From the NCBI GenBank assembly GCA_024704765.1, contig JAKMXF010000177.1:310001-374000 (forward strand): DNA of 64,000 bases, read 5' to 3'. Shown in pieces: positions 23,552 through 36,238 of this stretch. This DNA is from Oopsacas minuta. Lineage: Eukaryota > Animalia > Porifera. A program made the position numbers and the translations under genes. How positions within the stretch are numbered: the first letter of the stretch is position 1; each line of letters opens with the position of its first letter. The notes under the pieces are model-generated. The model was given only the letters and a program-made list of their open reading frames with translations, did not search any database and was not told where the DNA came from.

Positions 23552-25165
23552 CAATAAGTATTAACAATTGATGTCGTAATTTATATATTTTATATCATTA
23601 ATCAAGTACCCAATTTACACGAGTTAATCATGATAATCTGACTTAATATTACTTTTGTATATGCTTCATGAATACATAATTAGTATTCTAGTTGATATTG
23701 GCTGATATTCCTCTTTACCGGAAAATAAAAATCCTAACATTCTCTAGTGTTTCCATGGTTACCGAATACACTATTGATGTCCGCAATCGTGCTATCCGTA
23801 TGATTATAGCAGGCATGTCTCAAACGAAGGTTTCTCATGCTCTGAAGATTAATTTACGAACAATATTAAGTTGGTGGACACTTTCTAGAGGTGGTAAATC
23901 GTTGAGAAACAAGCCTGGATGTGGTCGAAAAAATTCCCTGTCCAAAGCAGCGAAAACCATAATTGCTAAATCGCTATCCAAACCTCACAAATCAACTAAG
24001 ATATTGACCAAGAATTTGAGAAGGAGAGGCATAGTAGCAGTTTCTCACGTTACTGTATTGAATTATTTGAAAAGTTTGAATGCTACTCCTTATAAACCAC
24101 AAAAACAGCCAAAGTTAACCGATTCTCAGAAAAAAACAGGGTTCTATCTACTGGGGGGAAGTTTCCTCCCCAAAAATCTCATAAAATGTACTATTATCGA
24201 AATATATTATTCAATAGATAAATTATTAGAATATCAATTCATTGTGAAAATACTATTTGAAGTGTAAATAAATAACATGTGGGAAATCTTCATTTTTAGG
24301 AATGAAATTAAATGTTTGGTGTTACTTCAAGATTGTAATATTTTGATAATTGGGTACTAAGGATTTCAAAGCTTCGCCCCCCCCCAATTTAACATCCTAG
24401 ATACAACCCTGAAAAAGCCCGGGTAAAATTCTGCAAAGAGAGGAAGAACTGAAATGTGGATGAATGGAGACGAATACTATTTTCAGATGAATCACCATTT
24501 GAACTTTATTATACTCCGAATCAGCAAAATAACCGAGTGTGGGCTCGGAAACGAGATAATATACCTCCGGTAGAGACTGTGGAGTACCATCTGAAAGTAA
24601 ATGTGTAGGATATGATGTCTTGCTCTGCCTTATCAGAATTGCACTTTATTCCACGAGGTAAGACCGTAAATATAGAATATTATGTAGAGGAAATTTTGAA
24701 GAAAGCTTTGGTACCTACACTTAAAGAAAAAGAAAAAATGGACCCATTTATACACGAAAAATGATGAAAAAATATCCAAGGCCATTTTCCAACAAGATGG
24801 AGCGCCGACTCATACACTCAAGAGTGGTGTTTGAAGAACCTTAAAGGTTTTTTGCCTAAAGAAGTATGGCCTGCGAATTCGCCGGACTTGAATCCTATAG
24901 AAAATATGGGCAATACTCCAAAGTTAACTGGATTCAATGCCCCTCGCAACAAATGAAGAAAGTTTAAAAAATAATCTCAAACTGGGATGGTCTCAGGTGA
25001 TGGAAGATGTTTTGGCCAATCTTAAAACTTCAATGCCAAATAGGATAAATTTATGTATTGCTAACAATGGCGGTTATATAGGAAAGTAAGGAGCACATTA
25101 CTACTCTGCAAGAATATGTTTTAATTGTCCATTCTATATTACGACATCAATTGTTTAACACCCTG
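23552..25165 (+). mobile_element. Tc1-like (DD34E) transposon, degenerate, left TIR truncated
   Basis: Right end ACGACATCAATTGTTTAACACCCTG|TA; a left remnant AACAATTGATGTCGTAAT. Transposase from ~23755 has FSDESPF, QQDGAP and WPANSPDLNPIEN. Confidence 0.85.
24137..24411. mobile_element. hAT-like MITE inside the Tc1 transposase
   Basis: CAGGGTTCTATCTA / TAGATACAACCCTG termini; removal restores QKKARVKFC. The TSD is ambiguous within an A-run. Confidence 0.7.
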
Positions 25166-25298
25166 TACACTAAGTATTAACAATTGAAGTCAGAATGTTT
25201 CTACAGTAGCGAGAATTATTTACTTAGATTTACAAATTTCTGATATGTTGTATCTCACAGTGTATGCAAGTATACAGAGCTAATACAATATATAATAC

Positions 25299-26105
25299 CT
25301 GACTAGTAAATTCTTTCCCTTGGTCGTGTTGTATTGATTTAGGGACGCCATAAATATGATATATCTGTAATCATTCTTTCAAAACAGCTTGTGTAATTTT
25401 GTACGGAGTGGTCTTGCAACAATGTACTTTGTTAAGTAACACGCAAGAACAATAATATGACAATAACCATCAGGGTTAGCTGGCATATTACAAATGAGGT
25501 CCATTCCTACGTGATTCCAAGCACTAGGAGGCGGAACAATGAGCTGAAGTTCACGCGGGGTTGTGGCAGCAACTTCGCCGTTTTCTGGCAGTTATCACAG
25601 TATTTGATCTAAACCATTTGAACGAATTTATAATTTACTTCCAGCGCGAGTAAATGATATTGCTGTAATAGCTCATGTTGTCATATTATATTGTTAGAAT
25701 AACTTACATATTGCTTAACTTCATTAGACACACCAGGCCAGTAATACGTGTGTCGGATTTTGTTAATTGTGGTGTTGATCCCAGGATGGTCGACGTCGTG
25801 CGTCATTTTATTATGATTAGAGATTGAGGAATAGAAGGGACTTCTAAGAGTCTCTCTGGCATATTTCGGTCTTTAACTCTCTAGATGCATGAACAAATAA
25901 TTGCAAACATTACATCAATTTACATCAAAAGTATATCATTGCAATTTACCTTGAAAAGTTTAGAGTCTTTGGGAACATGGAACGTGGAAGCTTTACTTAT
26001 ATAATTCCACTTCTCTTTTGATAATATATTCGAATTTAGTACTTCTTCTGGGAATATACATTTCTCTAGATACCTCACCAAATTTCGGAATTCTACCTGT
26101 TCCAT
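25299..26105 (-). pseudogene. Ginger1 integrase, N-terminal exons (HHCC zinc finger and first two catalytic Asp)
   Basis: Exon 1 MEQVEFRNLVRYLEK...LFK|GTAAAT; exon 2 HPGINTTINKIRHTYYWPGVSNEVKQY|GTAAGT; exon 3 CDNCQK...WNHVGMDLIC...YLTKY...YGVPKSIQHDQGKEFTSQ|GTATTA. Confidence 0.85.
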
Positions 26106-27324
26106 TGGGATGATGTATTGAAGTTAATAGCTGTGTGAAAAATTTTGAAACATTGTTCATCCACACATATCTTACCAATTTATATGAACCTGTAAAACGT
26201 AACAAACTCACTGTAATAATTGATTCGTGATTTTTGCGGTTGCAAAGTTCCTGCTATGTAATATATTTGACTCAAAATATTATAGTAGGCTAACATTCAT
26301 GGTCCAGTAACACTAATGACTCACAGTATTAAGCTAATAGAACATCCATAGTCCACTAATACAGATGACTCAAAATATTACGAAATAGGCCTTATATTTA
26401 GTAGGCTATGGCCAGTTCTATAATCCTCAACACTATGTTGATTCATTGGAGTAATAATATTTCTTATACGATGTTTTTGCTGGTTCCTTTGCAATCATTT
26501 CTAAATATCGTGCATTTAGGTATATATAATCAGCAGTTATCTTTGAATGAACATACTTGTGTCCATCAGAGGTTGTATTCCTGTGAAGTGAATTTCATAA
26601 TCGTAATAAAATATGTAACTATCTCGAGAATAAATAATCTTCATCACCATTGTTGATGAATGAATGGGAAGTTTAATTTCACACATTTTGGCGCCCACAA
26701 AAATCACAAATCAAGTTTGGAGTTCGCCAAGGTTAAAAATAATTATTACAAAGTCACATAATGAATTCTGACTAGTACATGTCTTATCTAAGTAATTAAT
26801 ACAAGTGACAACATTACCAAAATGTCATTCTGACAAGTGCCAGTCTTACAAAACATTATTCTGTCAAGTGACAACTCGCACTATCTTACAAATGACAACT
26901 CCCCAACTCTGACAACTGCATGCAGCTCCTGATAATGGATATTGACAAATTATTACCATCCAGGGTCACTACTGTAACTAAAAACCTTCCAACTTTACCA
27001 TGCCAACTTTTGAATAAGTTTTACGAAAGCATCTTTACATCATTTCGTACATTAACTTTCAAATCAAAGATGCGATATTTAACGTTCTACAGCTCATCAA
27101 AGATTGGGCCATTTTCTTCAAATAATGCTTACTAAGCAAAGAAATTGCCACACTTTGAAAGCTTTTTGCTTCTTTGGCTTGAACACATGATATTCTACAT
27201 ATCAGTAATACTTTTACTTGAGCATAAAAGTACTGTTTGTGCTGTATGAAACCATCTATACACATATTAAATATACCGTACACTACTATATCCCTAGTCC
27301 AAAATTCGAGGTTGATGGTTGGCC

Positions 27325-28333
27325 TGTTATATGACAGATTTACTACCATGACAGTTTTACTAACTCTATTACTAGTACCATAGATACTCTATATCCATGA
27401 CAGAGTTACTACCTTACATGACAGAATTATTTCCCTTTGATCATGACATGAAATAGTATAACTCAACTCTTAGTTCTTATCACACTGATAATAATGCATT
27501 TTAAATGGTTTCTTTGTTTCTGCTCCCGAGTTATATTAATAGCAAAGTCTACTCACTTAATTTTTTTCGAAGTTGTTACTTTTACTAAATATGATAGCAA
27601 TATATATTTTAAAATAAAATATGAATTAGATGAGTTACAACAGATACTTTGGACAATTAATTGACCATCCGGATACATTACTAAGAAACACAAATTATGA
27701 AAGTATAGTAGGTCATCCACTACTCAATGATCATCGCATCACTAAAACTGTCGGTGTCAAAATGTGTAAAGTACGACTATGTATCAAGTCAATCACTGGT
27801 TCAAAGTGTTCTTCATAATTCGTCAGGTATAGAGCTGTGCTTGAAAACCAATCTGAAAAAGAATGATATCGATTCCACTTGGTTTCACTTCGCTGTTTAT
27901 GGTATTCAGAGTAATCGTTAGGAACAAAAATATTAACTCCAAGCATAGCACTAGTAGCAAAGATTTCTATGTCTGTTGCCCACACAGTGTTACCATCCAT
28001 TTGAGATTTCATCAAGTATTTGGCTACTGAAGAATCCATAAATTTATCTCTAAGTATCTGGACATAAGACTGGCTCCTTGCACAACTATATATCGACAGA
28101 TCTCTGCCGTATTTTTTTATGGTAACATTGAGTCCCGGTTAAAATTGAAGATACCGCACGAAAATAACAATTTCCATCTTTTTGAATCGGTTCTTGTGCA
28201 AGAGGAGCGATGTTCCGTAGGGGCTGACCTACGTATGTCAGCGGGTATGACAACCGTGTCTCAAATGTAATCTCTAACTGGGCACATATCGACCTTAGCC
28301 AATCAAGCTGAGGTGGAGAATAAAATGTCCCGT
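27325..28333 (-). mobile_element. 3' part of a second OTU-carrying Ginger1-like element
   Basis: Terminus GGCC|TGTTATATGACAG with ATGACAG subterminal repeats. OTU motifs QKDGNCYFRAVS, VWATDIEIFATS and NYEEHFEPV (27731-28330). Truncated by mariner copy 2. Confidence 0.7.
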
Positions 28334-29501
28334 ATGGATTTGAAGTACTGGTACAGGCCCGTTTTGAGTGCTTGTAATGTGTTAAAATCTTTGCCTTGAA
28401 GGTAGATTTTAAGCTTGGGGAATAGCCAAAAATCACACGAAGCTAGGTCTGGTGAGTATGGTGGATGGGGAAGTAATTCTAACCCTTCTACATCCAAGAA
28501 ATTTTTGGTAAGCTTAGCTGTATGGGAACTGGCGTTATCAATCAAAATCTTCATTCCTCGAGTTCCGGTTTTCTGGCGGTACTTTTCTATATTTTTTATC
28601 AAATTTGGAAGCACTTGTTCTGTAAAGAAAGTAGCAGTACCAGCCTTGCCACTCTCACCAGGTAATTGCAAGACAATTCCATGACTACTGAAGAAGATGG
28701 TATACATAATCTTAGGTTTTCTGAAGTCAGGCCTAGGAATTTTCGCTGGTTGTTCGTCGCCCCTCACCCATGATCGCTTCTTATACTTGCTATATGGTGT
28801 TGAATAGTACACCCACGTCTCGTCACCAGTAATAATCTCTGTTAGGCGTCTAGAATCGCAGTTCTCATAAGTTACCAAGAGTTTCTTGGCAATATTCAGT
28901 CGTGCCAACCTTTGATTCTCACTGAGCTTATGCTGGACCCATTCCCACAAATCGATCGGTAGCCAAGCTCAATCGTCAGAATTGTATGAATAGCTCCCGA
29001 TGAAATCTCCATACTTTGTTCTAACTGATTGACAGTAATGCACTTGTCTTCCATGACCATACTTTCAATGAGTGTGATATTCTCTGAAGTGGTGGTGGAT
29101 ACCGGTCTTCCAGATCGAGGCAAATCTGTGACATCAGCATCACCAGATCTAAAACGGGCAGCCCATCGCTCTACAGTAGATCTGGAAGGGTAATCCATGC
29201 ACAATATCTCCTGTAACTCGCTGAAGATCTGTACGGGCTGGATCTTGAGTATTGTGCGAAAATCTATGTAAGCTCGCCATTTGAGGTTGAAATTATCATC
29301 CTTTGAAGCCATAAATTCAACAGTGGGTATAAATTGACTACACCTAACTATCTCAAAAATTCATAATTTGTATTGAATAAGTTTGAAACTTTCAGTATAT
29401 GGAGTTTAACTATATGAGCTTATAATATATGAAAGCTAGATATATTACTTGACTAATTCCTAAGATATATCATGACCCGCAAGACTTATTGAACGCCCTG
29501 A
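28334..29501 (-). mobile_element. mariner copy 2, 3'-truncated, near-identical to 11454-12787
   Basis: Identical ORF translations (138 aa; the second ORF identical up to YFKSI) and the same frameshift. TIR intact at 29501|TA; breaks off at AAATCCAT (28334). Confidence 0.95.
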
Positions 29502-29774
29502 TAATCGGGATTATTTTATGAACCACCTTTGGACTGGAAAGTTTCTATGCGGAATTACTTTATTGATTACCATCAACGTGAAATGTCATAACAAATGCTT
29601 GACAACTATTGTGCTACACTTTTCTGTGATTTTCGAGGTAAAAATATGAGTTAAGCGACAAATTTGAAAATCTTCCAGAAAAACTTGTTAGTTCCGTTGC
29701 GTGAATTGGAGTATCAAATGGTAAATGGTTTGTCCCATTCCGTTAATCAGTGAAGCCCAAATTATACATACGAG

Positions 29775-30150
29775 TAAGGCATTAGTCGATCGTGTTAAAC
29801 AAGATCGCGATCCCGATCTCGATCATTTTTCCGATCGTTTGTGTAATATTCAAGACATATATTTTTGATAGTTACATCATTTCTTATGCCAAAAGAAACA
29901 CAGGTGGAGAATCAACGCATTCTACGAACGAATATTACTGATTGTTGAGCACAAATTTGGAACAATTATCTAAGTATAAAAAACGCTAATGATAGTAGCA
30001 TTCAAAGTATACAAAAATGATCGAAAATTTTTTGAGCAAAAAGGATCGCGTTATTACATCCGATCCTTAATAAAACAATGGTCGTCGATCGTCAAAAAAG
30101 TATCGCGATCGTGATCGAGCGATCAATGATCGTATGATCCTAATGCCCTA
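29775..30150. mobile_element. hAT-type MITE rich in GATC/CGATCG motifs
   Basis: TAAGGCATTAG / CTAATGCCCTA termini with a perfect 8-bp TSD CATACGAG (29767-29774, 30151-30158). Confidence 0.85.
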
Positions 30151-33129
30151 CATACGAGTGAGTGCTTGTTGTTGAGAATCAGGAAGAAATTTACAGTAAT
30201 AACGAATTTGGGATATATTTTATCATTTTGGTGTTTATCACAGTGGTTATTTTAAGCTCCGATGATCGAAAAAATGTGAATCTATAAATGATTTTGTGTA
30301 GTAATAAAATGCAAAATGTGAAGTATAAAAAAATGTGTTCGAACATAGTCTAACTGACACAACTTTAGATACTATCACTTCAGATAGGACCATTAAGAGA
30401 TCATTTTAGATTTCTTAAACTTGTAGCTAGACATGTTACTATTTTATAGAATAATACATCAATAACACGATTCCTATACTACATGGTTAGATAAAAGAGG
30501 TGGATAATATAATTATGGGACCTAATCGCTCGGGGACCTAATTTACTCGTACTATTTTGGAGATGTGAAGTTATAAAAAATCGTTAAAATAACCCCTGGT
30601 TTATCACACAGAATTAATGTCAGCTACTGAGGGATTCCCATACTCGCCAACCCATCCAGGGATTTTACATAATATCCATAATTGCAAATATTCCGTCTGG
30701 AAATCCATTATCTGTGCACTCCAAATTCAAGAAAAATATCCAGCTATTGACCTTTCAATGGACTTTCCCAAATTTTCAATGTGCTTATAATTGTTCTTCT
30801 TTCTAGCAAATATACATCACTTCTTTGTATTTATTTGAAGCCAAAAATACTAGTCATTTAAAATTATGGCGGATTAAGTGAAATAAAATATAATTAAATA
30901 CAGTGCCTTCTTTAGGGATTAATATGCTCTGGAAACCGATAATAACTAGGCCCCTTTCATACATTGCCAAATTTAAGGAATAAAATAATAAAAATCGATG
31001 CTATTTAGTATTTGTGTTTCATATATTCAATATTTCATCAAGCTTAGCGTATACAATGAGCAACAATACTTATCATCAGAAAAAGTAAGCCGCCTAGTGG
31101 CAAGGCCCTGGTCGAGTTCCCAGTTACTTCATTGATAAAGAGGGCAGTCACGGCACAGATTAAATAATCTAATTGATGCATATAAACAATGGCGGATATG
31201 GCGGTTGGCGAAATATGTCAATACTAGAAATATAGTATAAATGAATTGGTACACGAAATTTGTGGCGCGATAAACGGTTTGTGGAATAAAGTGGTGGCGG
31301 ATTATCTGTGTGGCACTGTGCAGTGAACTCCTCCAAGCGGTCACCTCTATAATGCGGACATTATAGATAGATAGATAGGCTTTAATTAAACCTACTTAGT
31401 TCAAATAGAACTAATATTACAGTAGGACCCTCTATCATAAAATATACAATTACATAATACAGTTCAGGGAAGAAGAGAACAAATAAAATTACAAACAGTG
31501 TGAAATTCGGAATCAGCGTATTGAATCACCTCCCTTTTGCTGTTTAGAACAATCTTCTACGATTATTCAAAGGTTATTTAATCGGGCATAGACTATTAAT
31601 GGGGGAAATACATATCCTATAAATTATCCATTGTTAATTTGAAATATATGTTATTCATAAATCTATTATATAATTTGTCGATTGTTATATTTGTTTTTTT
31701 GTCCGGAATTGATTGAGGAACTGGGAAGATCTACAAACTTGAAATTGGGACGTGTGAGGAATGTGATAAATCTAGGAACATATTCTAAGATCTAAGTGAT
31801 ATCTTAAAAACTCTCTCGGTTAGGTGTCAAAATGTATTGACCTATCAGATTCGAGGGTTTACCAATTGTGATAATCATATGATATAGGCTCTAATCCAGT
31901 CCAACTAGGATGCAATGGTTCCAATTGCGCAAAATTTTTCAAATTTCAATTTGTTAAACCTGTAACTATGCTATGTAGCCCACTACATTGCGGACTCTAT
32001 TGTATCAATTACTTCAACAAACTCACTAACATTAATGGAATTTGCCCTACAAACTGATTGCTAAAGAAATCAAACATACATTGAAATCCTCTCAAAAAGG
32101 ATAAGTTACATTCTTAATATTGACTTAGTAAATTCATTTTTGGTAATACAATATATTATTTTCTAATAGACTACTATAGAAATCTAATTACAATCCACTC
32201 AACACACTTTCAGTAGAACCCAGATTGATATACAGGATACATGTATCAGATATCTAAATTTCTTTTGTTAATTTTATTTTGTAGTAAAAATCAACATAAG
32301 TAATGTATTCAAATTCTTTCAATAAATTCTCTGCTTACTACCGAAATTTTGACTGGAACTCTGTACTAACATACCTAAGTACTCAATATGTTTCCAAGGA
32401 TTGAATAATTGACTAATGTATCGACATAATACATTCCAATAGTGACCTAACCGTATCTAAGGGTTTATCCCAGAGCACAAGTAATTTTGAATGGACCGAA
32501 TTTCGTAATAGTTCCTGTTTGCGTAATAATATCCAATGCCACTTGAATTAACAAATCACTATTGAGGGTTGGCATATTCATGAATATAATAGAAATAATT
32601 AAAGCTACCGTTAAATTTAGATATTCAATGAATGCATATCATACAACACTAGAAATACCTATTGTCCAACTAATAAATATTTAACATCTAAGATCAATAG
32701 AATAGTTACTGATGACATCAAACTAGTAACAGGTGAAAGCCTTGGGCTCAGTGTAAAGTGAGAGTGAAGGCAGAACCAATACGGCAAGAATACTAGTAAC
32801 TAATGACAGTAATCCTATTCTGTGAATTGTAGTGATGAAAATCTCCTTAAACAGGGCCATATTTACAACATTTGCAGTCTATCTAGTTAAATGTGGGACT
32901 AGAAACGATCAAATCACCACTAAATTTGAATAGAAATCATGGGAAGTCAATTCCCCCAGGAAAAATGCGAAAAAATCCTAATCTCCAATTGTCAGCAGGA
33001 ATAATCAATAATACGAGCAAAGGTCCGTCCTGAGAGCAATGTGAATTGAAATTCTCCGGTCATCAAGTATACTCCAAAATTTCGGATAAATCCATACTTC
33101 AGTCAGACAGATACATATTATAAAATTCT

Positions 33130-33870
33130 GACAAATGCAGCTCTCCCCGCGCTACACGTATGCAAACACTTCATGTCCACACTCGGACCTACGGCCCTCG
33201 AGTACATAAACTCATAATCTTAACCGTAGCAAACATGATACTACCATAACTTTAAATCTGCTTACTTTATGTCCTCATAGTGGACAAATATATATGAAAT
33301 GATGTTTACACTATCGTATTTGGACTCAACATACTCGATTACCTCAGTATAATCATTGAAAGCATGTTTCTACCTCAATTTGAAATTTGTCTACTTTATG
33401 TACCAAAAAGTAAACAAATATTCACAAAATGTTGTTTACAATATCATATTTTGGCTCAGTATTCTCGATTACCCCAGTATAGTCTTTGAAAGTGTGATTC
33501 GACCACAATTTTGAAATTTGTTTACTTTATATTCATAAAAACAACAATTAATTGACATATGAAAGATTTGAAAATGTGAAATTCGGATTCAGCTTCCTTA
33601 GTTACCCCTAGATAGCCGCTTAGAGCAAGCCTGTACGTATATTTTGACATTTGCTTAATTTGTTTACTTTATATTCATAAAACAACAATACATTAATATA
33701 TGATTAATCCAAAAGTGTGAAATCGGATTCAGCATGTTCGATATATTAGTGAGGTTTTATTCAATTCTATTTACTTCCTTGATAGGCACGATAAATACAT
33801 AGTTATGAGACAATTTCAAAATTGCATACTCAAGAAAACTTGTCAGTTCCGTTCCGTTAATTAGGGACGC
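33130..33870 (+). mobile_element. Non-autonomous Helitron/Helentron-like repeat with internal ~130-150-bp tandem units
   Basis: Homologous to 51596-51950 and 43598-44250; repeated CTCGATTACC(T/C)CAGTATA...TTTACTTTATATTCATAAAAACAAC units. Confidence 0.55.
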
Positions 33871-34311
33871 CCTATAATTTGGTTAAATCATTTTATTAAT
33901 TCTCCCAATGGAGTTCGTGATCATCCTACGTCGAATATGTAGGATTTAATTGTAATATCTCTATTATATTGATAGAATTGGATTAATCATTTTATGCTCT
34001 ATTATAAAAGATTGAGTCTAATCCCTATTAGCAGATATTAACCTAATTTTACTTTGCTTTAATACACTACTTAAATTAGAAACATGTGCAAATACTTCAT
34101 AAATTATGTTAGACTAATGAACAGCCCATTATGATAAGAATACAAAATCGATTCATCTAATCAATAATTAAAGTATAGAACCTATAGAACATCCTTTTGG
34201 TTATTAAATTCTTTAAATAGTATGATATAAAATTGGAATAATTGCTGAAATGATTTATACAATCCATAAATTATTATTGAATGAATATTTGTAATAATGA
34301 ATATATATTAA

Positions 34312-34349
34312 ATTGGTTATTTTAATGAAAGATGTAAATAAAGTATAAA
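34312..34349 (+). promoter_or_regulatory. Candidate core promoter of the CNC-like bZIP gene
   Basis: ATTGG (reverse CCAAT) at 34312 and TATAAA at 34344, ~55 bp upstream of the ATG; AATAAA at 34752 just after the stop. Such motifs are common by chance in AT-rich DNA. Confidence 0.3.
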
Positions 34350-34397
34350 TTGATTTAACTAGTAGATTAGTTACAATCATCGGACAGATTAATTACA

Positions 34398-34745
34398 ATG
34401 GAAAAAGAAATGCTCGAGCCTATCCTAATCAAGGGTTGGAGAATATATTATGGAGAACAAAATTTTCTTAGCCTTTTAGATCCAGTAAAACTTGCTAAGT
34501 TAACTAGTAAGGATTTTTCCATGATTATATCCGAAAAATTTTCACCAACAGAAGTTGCATTTATCAGGGAGAAGCGGATGAAAGCATTAAACAACATTGC
34601 AGCCAAAAAACATAGGGAAAAAGAAAGGTCTAGTGAAAGAAATATAGAGCTTGAGCTTGATAAACTTAAGATGAAGAGAGATGCATTATTAGAAGAAAAG
34701 CTCAACTTGCAAAACCAATTGCTAGCTTATATACATCAGCACTAG
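34398..34745 (+). CDS. Small intronless bZIP protein, CNC/Bach-like
   Basis: Uninterrupted 115-aa ORF. Extended region FSPTEVAFIREKRMKALNNIAAKKHR (N-x7-R) resembles CNC [21 protein letters not shown]; the zipper has I/L at heptad spacing (I-x6-L-x6-L-x6-L). Confidence 0.75.
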   Translation: MEKEMLEPILIKGWRIYYGEQNFLSLLDPVKLAKLTSKDFSMIISEKFSPTEVAFIREKRMKALNNIAAKKHREKERSSERNIELELDKLKMKRDALLEEKLNLQNQLLAYIHQH

Positions 34746-35002
34746 AATATCAATAAATTACATGATCAAGATGTGCACTGAACATAATTAATAGCAGACT
34801 AATTGTTTTTACCGCGCATTATTGTACTTATCTATACTATAACAATGCAATTAATCTAATATATCTGTTGCAGTAAAAGTGTGTTTCCAGTCAAAACGTT
34901 TTAAACTGAAATTTCTAGTCAAAGTGCGTTTAGCATTGAAATTTAAATTGTGATATTTCTATCAGAGTGTGTTTAGAAAATATTTCCAAAATTATAATAA
35001 CT

Positions 35003-35731
35003 CTCACAACGGTCTAATACTTAAGCCTACCATACACGATGTAACAATGTTGCATGGAAAATTTAACATACACAATTAAAATATGTTGCATGCAACAAAA
35101 TTGCATGAGTTATGGTGGACTTTATAAGTACAGTCGAAACCGGTTCTTTCTTACACCAGGTTTTTCTGACTTATCAGTTTTTCTTACTTTATTTCCGTGG
35201 AAAGACATAGTAAGAAAAGACCGGTTTCTACTTTACTTATATTCCGTTACAATTTATAATCCATAAAAAGAATTTACAATACAAACATATAATTTTTATT
35301 TTGAATCTAGAGGAAACAGGTATCGGATATACAACTATTGCTGGAGATTTCCAGAATGCAGAAGGATTGTAAATATTGCTAGAAAAACAGAAAGCAAAAT
35401 AAAAAAAGGCAAAATTTTTGCAGAGATAAGTTTAATCACACCAAATATGTTCGTCTTCAGAAACGCATAATATGAGAAGTTGCAGGCGGACTTTAGCAGG
35501 CCAAAGAACATCAAAGTCCTCTGAAAATGACAAGAAACATTGACGAGGCTATTCTTCAGTCCTTCATATTTAACAAACCCAGTTATCTGGAAATTACACA
35601 TGTCTCCAGCAATGGTTTTATATCCTCTACCTGCTCCTTACTTTTAGATTATATGTTTGTTTTGTAAATTCTATTTATACGTTATAATTTGTAACGGAAT
35701 ATACGTATTATATGTATTAGACCGTTGTGAG
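35003..35731. mobile_element. MITE/foldback-like element containing a ~100-bp pogo-type MITE (~35130-35231)
   Basis: CTCACAACGGTCTAATAC (35003) vs GTATTAGACCGTTGTGAG (35714-35731). A second inverted block lies at ~35239-35300 vs ~35640-35700. Confidence 0.5.
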
Positions 35732-36122
35732 TGTAAGTAACTTTAGAATACTATAAACGTACACTGACAGAATTATGGTAATAAATTTCAATATAAGACG
35801 AATTCTCGTTGACTAGAAATTTCAGTCAAAACGCGTTTAGACTAGTAATAAATCAGTCCGCTTTTTCTCAAGTGCGGTCTGGACAGTTCCAAGATTTAGA
35901 TCGTGCGGGCTGACGGTCCAGAAAAAATCAATGACGGTCCGGTCTGGTCCATGAAATTGCGGCCCGCTGCAACACTGATAACGGTATATACTTAGTCTAA
36001 AATGGTTGGCTAATGTCTATCTATCTAGTATATATATATACTATAGATAGCCAACCATTTAATGCTGTGGCTAATAATGTGATTTTCGATATCCAAAGTG
36101 GTGATAATAACGTCCTGATATC

Positions 36123-36238
36123 GTCATAGGTGTGAATTTTCGTCCAAGACTCAGACTTGTCCAAGCCAGCCAAAATGCCCCTGCATTCCAAAATCAGCCC
36201 TGGGTTCTTCTAGTTCCTTCAATCAATTCCGAACATAC
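36123..36238. repeat. Interspersed repeat family (copies also at 51305-51584 and 53251-53543)
   Basis: Shared GTCATAGGTGTGAATTTTCGTC...TTCAATCAATTC(C/T)GAACATA core. Confidence 0.7.

Larger units (their letters stand above)
13333..26387 (-). mobile_element. Ginger1 (Gypsy-integrase-like) DNA transposon with OTU domain; ~4 kb of own sequence plus ~9 kb of nested insertions
   Basis: ~205-bp imperfect TIRs (13333-13537 vs 26183-26387), TGT...ATA termini, GGCC on both sides (13329-13332, 26388-26391). Integrase exons and an OTU domain lie colinearly on the minus strand between the TIRs. Confidence 0.8.

Noticed and set aside
26790-26920. Cluster of TGACAA motifs as a transcription-factor site array
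   Set aside because: More simply the subterminal repeats of an unidentified MITE, as seen at other element ends here.
31085-31125. tRNA/SINE-like head (TAGTGGCAAGG...GTCGAGTTCC)
   Set aside because: Too short; box spacing and stems do not support a tRNA.
31700-33100. LINE or zinc-finger relic
   Set aside because: Only isolated short motifs; I could not build a consistent frame.
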